64,000 bases of DNA from Candidatus Bathyarchaeota archaeon (lineage in GTDB: Archaea; Thermoproteota; Bathyarchaeia; Bathyarchaeales; Bathycorpusculaceae): positions 1,760,001 to 1,824,000 of the forward strand of contig OY969706.1 of assembly GCA_963702095.1 (NCBI GenBank), read 5' to 3'. The notes under the pieces were generated by a model. The model was not told the origin of the DNA and ran no database searches. It worked only from the letters and a program-made list of their open reading frames with translations. Shown piece after piece: positions 59,094-64,000 of this stretch (positions are counted from its first letter, which is position 1; each line of letters begins with the position of its first letter). The position numbers and the translations under genes were made by a program.

Positions 59094-59639
59094 TTGACAG
59101 AAACAAGAACTTCTGGTGGTTACCGAGCACTTGAAATAATTTTGGGCATAATCGCGTTAGTTGCTGGTTTCTTGGCGCTGTTTTATCCTACTGCAGTCGT
59201 AGTCACTTTGGTTGTGTTCTTCGGCATCATAATTTTGGTTATCGGCATTTTGCGGTTGGCAACTGCTGGCTCGTCAAGTTGGCTTCCGGGAGGGTCGCGG
59301 GGAACAAACGCCGCCATAGGCATCATACTAATCATCATTGGCTTGCTGATTCTGTTCTTTCCCCTGCCGGCGACGGTTACAATCGCAATTCTGTTAGGCA
59401 TCGGCTTGCTGATTTACGGCATCGGGCGCATCGTAGTCGGCATCGGCGCAAAAAACATGAACGGCGGAGTGCGGGCATTGCTAATCCTCTTAGGCATTTT
59501 GATAGCGGTGTTTGGGTTGATAGCAATTTTCTTCCCAGTGATAGGCGTCTACACGTATGCGTTCTTTGTCTCCATCGCTTTCATCCTAATCGGAATCGAC
59601 GCTTTAGCCGCTGGCGCTACTGGAACAAAGATGCTTTAG
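59094..59639 (+). CDS. HdeD/DUF308 family membrane protein
   Basis: Three repeats of paired TM helices. Confidence 0.85.
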   Translation: MTETRTSGGYRALEIILGIIALVAGFLALFYPTAVVVTLVVFFGIIILVIGILRLATAGSSSWLPGGSRGTNAAIGIILIIIGLLILFFPLPATVTIAILLGIGLLIYGIGRIVVGIGAKNMNGGVRALLILLGILIAVFGLIAIFFPVIGVYTYAFFVSIAFILIGIDALAAGATGTKML

Positions 59640-60352
59640 GTGCTTTGCCCCGACCAAACAACGTAGGAACCCGCCAAAAACCCGACGGCTACCAATGCCA
59701 TGATGACGCCCAGTAGCCAACGGTTTTTGCCGGCGCTTTGCCCAAGCTGAATGCCATACCATGTGACCCAAGCGACACCGAAAAAGTTTGATATAAACCA
59801 CGCCAACAGCTTATCTGGAAAAACCAGAAAAGGCAAAGCCATCAAAAAACCCACCGTCAAATAAATGCCAACTATGGATAGCCAGCCCAAAATTTCCTCT
59901 TTTGTTAGAACCCTACTATTTTCTTCCAGTTTTGCGTCTGAAACATAATTCATTATGTCCTTTGCAACCGCGTTTTTGCCTTCTTCGCTAAAGGTTGCAA
60001 GAAAAGTGTCGTCTAAACTGGTTTTTACCTGCTCAAGGATATCGGGGGCTTTGAGGCACCCTTTGAGCGTTATGAGTTTGTTACGGGTGTTGTTTCTCTC
60101 CATGGAGCTTGATACTGCGTAGATTAACCCGTCGATGACGCCCCAGCCAAGGCACGCGCCTAAATTCACCGCCACAATGTAGACGAATCCCGTGTTGAGG
60201 TTTGAGAGGGCAACATAGCCGTTGATGATTATAACCATAAGGACAGCGAACGCTATTTCGCCTGTGCGGTCAGTGTAGGAGAGGTATTTAGAGAACAAAA
60301 AATCGCCAAGTACACACATGTTAAAGGGGCAAATAACGCTATCGGAAGCCAA
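59636..60352 (-). CDS. VIT1/CCC1-like membrane protein
   Basis: EIAFAVLM..NLG..WGVIDG plus C-terminal TM segments. Confidence 0.65.
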   Translation of the reverse strand: MASDSVICPFNMCVLGDFLFSKYLSYTDRTGEIAFAVLMVIIINGYVALSNLNTGFVYIVAVNLGACLGWGVIDGLIYAVSSSMERNNTRNKLITLKGCLKAPDILEQVKTSLDDTFLATFSEEGKNAVAKDIMNYVSDAKLEENSRVLTKEEILGWLSIVGIYLTVGFLMALPFLVFPDKLLAWFISNFFGVAWVTWYGIQLGQSAGKNRWLLGVIMALVAVGFLAGSYVVWSGQST

Positions 60353-60965
60353 AGCTGCCGTCCTTGGGGTAATATACTACGCCGTGGGAAACCTCCACTT
60401 CTGAGACCTGTTTGCCCTTGCCCCTGCACTCTGCAACACTGCTGTCGAGGTCCGCTTCAAACTTCGCCCACTCCTCCTCAGACCAATCTTCCTTCTGCTT
60501 GAGCTTTGCCAGCAACTCCTCCCGGGAATGGGGGCCCAACATTTTGCGGCGAAGTGCCCCACCCATCATCTTACGGTAACTGTAGCCCTCGAAGAGATAG
60601 GGGGCACCTGAAAAACCCATGCCGCGCAGAGCCTCCGCCACGGCGCTTGGAAGCACACTCCAGTCGGGGTAGGCTAAGAACTCGTAGGGTTCAGGCACAT
60701 CGCCTTTTCTTTTGGGTTTTGGGGTTCGCCAGACCCAAGGCGCATGGTTGGGGAACTCGCCGGCTGATTCTTCGGTTTCCGGTTCGACAGTTGATTTTAT
60801 TTTGCCCTGCTCGGGTTCAAACACGTCGCCCTTTCGGAGAAGGAAGCGGACTGCGTTCTGGTCGGGGATTTTGGCGATTTCAACCATGCCACCGCTTGTT
60901 CTCTGCTTATTCTGAATCCATTTCAGCGTTTCTTTGCCGCGTTCGGTAATCGATTTTTCAGACAT
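60339..60965 (-). CDS. Hypothetical protein
   Basis: 208-aa ORF with ATG after GGA; no motif recognised. Confidence 0.6.
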   Translation of the reverse strand: MSEKSITERGKETLKWIQNKQRTSGGMVEIAKIPDQNAVRFLLRKGDVFEPEQGKIKSTVEPETEESAGEFPNHAPWVWRTPKPKRKGDVPEPYEFLAYPDWSVLPSAVAEALRGMGFSGAPYLFEGYSYRKMMGGALRRKMLGPHSREELLAKLKQKEDWSEEEWAKFEADLDSSVAECRGKGKQVSEVEVSHGVVYYPKDGSFGFR

Positions 60966-61053
60966 TGCCTATTCCGTCTCCCAAGGACTGTTAAGTTCTC
61001 TGTTTGGGTTAGATTCTTTCAGATAAATAAAGAGGTATTATCAGCCGCCACCA

Positions 61054-63492
61054 CTACGACTCGCCGTTTCCATGCTTTAAGAGCTTATAGAACGCCACCT
61101 TTGCAAAGTCCGTTACAACAAACAAGACCAAAGCGTAAGCCCACACGATTAGCGCCAGTCCCCAGCCCATGGCTGGAAGCAATATACCGTATACCGTGAT
61201 GAGTGTAGCCACCAACTGTGTACCGATAACCGCCAACAAAAGCGGCGTTGCTGGCCTCACCGACCAGAAATGCCCCTTAGTTCTCGCAACAAATACGGTC
61301 AGGTGCCCCGCTACTGAGAGCTTAAGGTAGATAAACGACTGTAGCACCAGCGGGTCCAGTTTAAGCACTTCTGTTCCTATGTAGAGGATACCAAAAGAAG
61401 AGAACACCCCAATAACGCCCAAAAAAGTTGCAACAGACAGCAGGACTCGCATGTTCCATTTTTCGGGTTTGTTTGAATATATCACGTTGTCGTAGGCAAT
61501 GGTCATTATGGGCAAATCGTTGAGGAGCGCCAGCAACACAATCATTAGCGCCGTAACAGGGTAAAACTGGAAGACAATGATCGATGCAGTGATGAAGAGG
61601 AGGACTCTTATGGTTTCTGCAATGCGGTAGATTCCATAGTTATTCATGCGCTGGAAAATCTTTCGGCTCTCCTTAATCGCATCAATAATCACTGACAAAC
61701 CCGACTTTGTGAGCACGATGTCAGCCGCTGATTTAGCCGCATCAGTTGCACCCGCCACCGCTATTCCCGCGTCGGCTTTTTTGAGTGCAGGAGCATCGTT
61801 AACGCCGTCGCCGGTCATACCGACGATGTGCCCTTTGTTCTGCAGAAGCTCCACGATGTGGTATTTGTGCTCGGGGAAAACTTCGGCAAACCCGTCTGCT
61901 TCCTCAACCGCTTTAACTGCGTCTCTTTCATGTTTCTCTATGAATTCTGAGGGCAAAACAATGTTTGTCCCTAACCCGACTTGCTTGGAGATTTCTTTGG
62001 CGATGGCGATGTGGTCGCCAGTTACCATCTTCACTTCGACACCCATCGACTGAGCGGTCTTGATGGTTTGCGCTGAATCCATCCTCGGCGGGTCATAGAG
62101 GCCGATTAGTCCTACAAAACGCCATTTGCCGTCTTTGTCGGTGGCTGCTACTCCCAGCGCCCGGTTTCCAGTTTTGGCGAAGCTGGCAACTTCATCTCCT
62201 ACTTGCGTAGCTAGGGCTTTGTTTTTCTCCGCGAGTCCCAAAATCACCTGTGGCGCACCCTTGGTGACCTTAAAACTGCCTCCGTCGACTTCGGCTACTG
62301 ACGCTTCAGTTCTTTTGGCGACGGGGTCGAAGGGTTTGAAGTTGCTTACCGAGTATTTGGAGACGCTTTCGGTTATGGCTGCGATGCTTTTGGCCTGTTT
62401 TACTATGGCTTTGTCGATTGGATCGGGGTCTTCCTCTCTTGAAGATAACATCCCAAACAGCAGCGCATGATTCTCTGTGAAGCCACTGAAGGTTTTCACT
62501 GACCCCACGGTCAATTGGTTTTCGGTTATGGTTCCTGTTTTGTCTGAACACAGTATGTCCATGCCCGCCATCTCTTCGATTGCCACCAGTTTGCTGACTA
62601 TGGCTTCCTTCTTGGCTAGGGCAATGGCGCCTATAGCCATGGTAACTGAGAGGACTGCTGGAAGCGCCGCAGGAATCGCTGCAACCGTCAAAACCAAGGC
62701 AAACTGAACTAACTCAAGGATGTTTTGCCCCCTAAAGATGGAAACCAAAAAAATCACGATTACCAGCATAACGGCTAAAACGATGAGGTAATCGCCGATT
62801 TTGACAATTGCTTTTTGGAAGTGGCTCCGCGTTTGCGCTGACTCAACAAGCTTTGTGGTTTTTCCGAAGAAGGTTTTGGTGCCTGTGTTGACCACTAAAG
62901 CGTCCATTTCGCCCTGCCGCACGATGGAACTGGCGTAGCCCACATCAGAAGAGTGTTTCTCAACAGGCAAAGATTCGCCGGTTAAGGCCGATTCGTCAGT
63001 GAGCAGGTAGTCGCCTTCAACGAGTTTCACGTCGGCAGGTATGATTTCCCCTAGACGCAACCGCACAATGTCGCCGGGCACAAGGTTCTTTGCAGGCGCC
63101 TCCTTCCAGACACCGTCCCGCAGAACCCGCGCGGTCAGCGCCAGTTTTTGCTTGAGCAGTTCTATGGCGTTGTCAGCTTTGTGCTCCTGCCAGAACCCAA
63201 CGACCGCGTTAACCAGCAAAAGCATCAAGATAATCCCAAAATCCGACCAGTGCTGGATGACCGCAGACATGATGATTGCGGCTTCAATCATGAAGGGGAT
63301 TGGTCCGGTGAAGTAGGTTAGGAATTTTTTGATGGGGTTGACTTTTTTCTCTTCTATTTCGTTTAAGCCGTACTCTTTGAGGCGGTTCTCTGCCTCCAGG
63401 GTTGAGAGGCCCTTCTGAGTAGTCGACAGTTTAGACATTAAATCTTGGACGTCTGCTTTTTTTGCTTCTTCAGTGCTTAGATTTTTACTCAC
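61054..63492 (-). CDS. P3A-type (plasma-membrane proton-efflux) P-type ATPase
   Basis: TGES, IPAALP, CSDKTGT, KGAP, TGDGVNDAP and TM6 LLND motifs. Confidence 0.93.
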   Translation of the reverse strand: MSKNLSTEEAKKADVQDLMSKLSTTQKGLSTLEAENRLKEYGLNEIEEKKVNPIKKFLTYFTGPIPFMIEAAIIMSAVIQHWSDFGIILMLLLVNAVVGFWQEHKADNAIELLKQKLALTARVLRDGVWKEAPAKNLVPGDIVRLRLGEIIPADVKLVEGDYLLTDESALTGESLPVEKHSSDVGYASSIVRQGEMDALVVNTGTKTFFGKTTKLVESAQTRSHFQKAIVKIGDYLIVLAVMLVIVIFLVSIFRGQNILELVQFALVLTVAAIPAALPAVLSVTMAIGAIALAKKEAIVSKLVAIEEMAGMDILCSDKTGTITENQLTVGSVKTFSGFTENHALLFGMLSSREEDPDPIDKAIVKQAKSIAAITESVSKYSVSNFKPFDPVAKRTEASVAEVDGGSFKVTKGAPQVILGLAEKNKALATQVGDEVASFAKTGNRALGVAATDKDGKWRFVGLIGLYDPPRMDSAQTIKTAQSMGVEVKMVTGDHIAIAKEISKQVGLGTNIVLPSEFIEKHERDAVKAVEEADGFAEVFPEHKYHIVELLQNKGHIVGMTGDGVNDAPALKKADAGIAVAGATDAAKSAADIVLTKSGLSVIIDAIKESRKIFQRMNNYGIYRIAETIRVLLFITASIIVFQFYPVTALMIVLLALLNDLPIMTIAYDNVIYSNKPEKWNMRVLLSVATFLGVIGVFSSFGILYIGTEVLKLDPLVLQSFIYLKLSVAGHLTVFVARTKGHFWSVRPATPLLLAVIGTQLVATLITVYGILLPAMGWGLALIVWAYALVLFVVTDFAKVAFYKLLKHGNGES

Positions 63493-63561
63493 TCAAGCTT
63501 TGCCTCTATGGAGTTATCTGGGTATCTTCTGAGGTGACTTTTAGCCACTTTCCAATGGGTG

Positions 63562-64000
63562 CTACTCGTAGTTGATGCCCCAAATGTTTAGCTGCGATAC
63601 GTTGCCCTCTTTAAGATGCTGTATTAGTTCAAGAGTTAACTTTTTGTGGAGATGCGTCAACACATAGAAGCTTTCGATCAAGAAGAGGTGTACGCCCAAG
63701 GTCTCGAAACCTGCGATTTCAAAATCTCTAAGCGCCTTGAAGTAGCTCTTGGGCATGGCGATTCCATAGTCTGTCCAGGCTCCCCGTTCCCGCATTCGCT
63801 TCACGATTTTTCCGATTGCATAAGTGATGCTCTGCTCAGGGGGCTGGTCGGTTTCCCATATGCCCTCGATTAGGAATGTTTCGCGTCCCTTCTTAGCGGT
63901 TATTTCCACGCTCAACGCGTACTTGTCTTCTTGGTGGGTAACGGAGTAACCTTTGATTTCTAAGTGTTGTCTGATGCTTGAAATAACATCGCCTATAGTT
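63562..64000 (-). CDS. Hypothetical protein with a degenerate PD-(D/E)xK-like fold; start lies at or beyond the window edge
   Basis: Frame open to the edge (TIGDVISSIRQHLEIKGYSV..VEITAKKGRETFLIEG..AIGKI..YGIA). Confidence 0.55.
   Translation of the reverse strand, partial: TIGDVISSIRQHLEIKGYSVTHQEDKYALSVEITAKKGRETFLIEGIWETDQPPEQSITYAIGKIVKRMRERGAWTDYGIAMPKSYFKALRDFEIAGFETLGVHLFLIESFYVLTHLHKKLTLELIQHLKEGNVSQLNIWGINYE

Noticed and set aside
1-64000. CRISPR array or cas genes
   Set aside because: The repeats are dispersed singletons, not repeat-spacer arrays, and no cas motifs were seen.

Overview
Archaeal chromosomal segment. The gene content and protein style point to Bathyarchaeia (inference): fwdDBAC-fdhD-mobB, an HdrA-MvhD fusion, rpl15e-rpl13e-RNase P protein genes, and many C-terminally anchored secreted proteins. 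About 65 CDS are present, covering C1/energy metabolism, glycogen phosphorylase, purA, translation, a vapBC pair and a P3A H+-ATPase, plus one tRNA-Ala(GGC). I found no CRISPR array, integrase or transposase. Six or seven genes carry single frameshifts that look like assembly indels. Signals not explained by routine annotation: (1) two families of dispersed intergenic elements. Family A has 5 copies with an indel-free 99-nt core holding a 30-codon TTG..TAA frame; family B has 3 full copies and 1 partial, with covarying stems and a 44-codon CxxC-H-C frame. (2) Four genes appear to start at ACG, each behind a Shine-Dalgarno-like motif. (3) A divergent pair of unannotated ribbon-helix-helix paralogues lies next to a Zn-finger microprotein. 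(4) An operon combines a double-cubane-type reductase with Bzd-type activase subunits, a ferredoxin and membrane redox proteins. (5) There is a candidate hairpin ncRNA and a structured rpl15e leader. All calls were made by eye; no searches were run.
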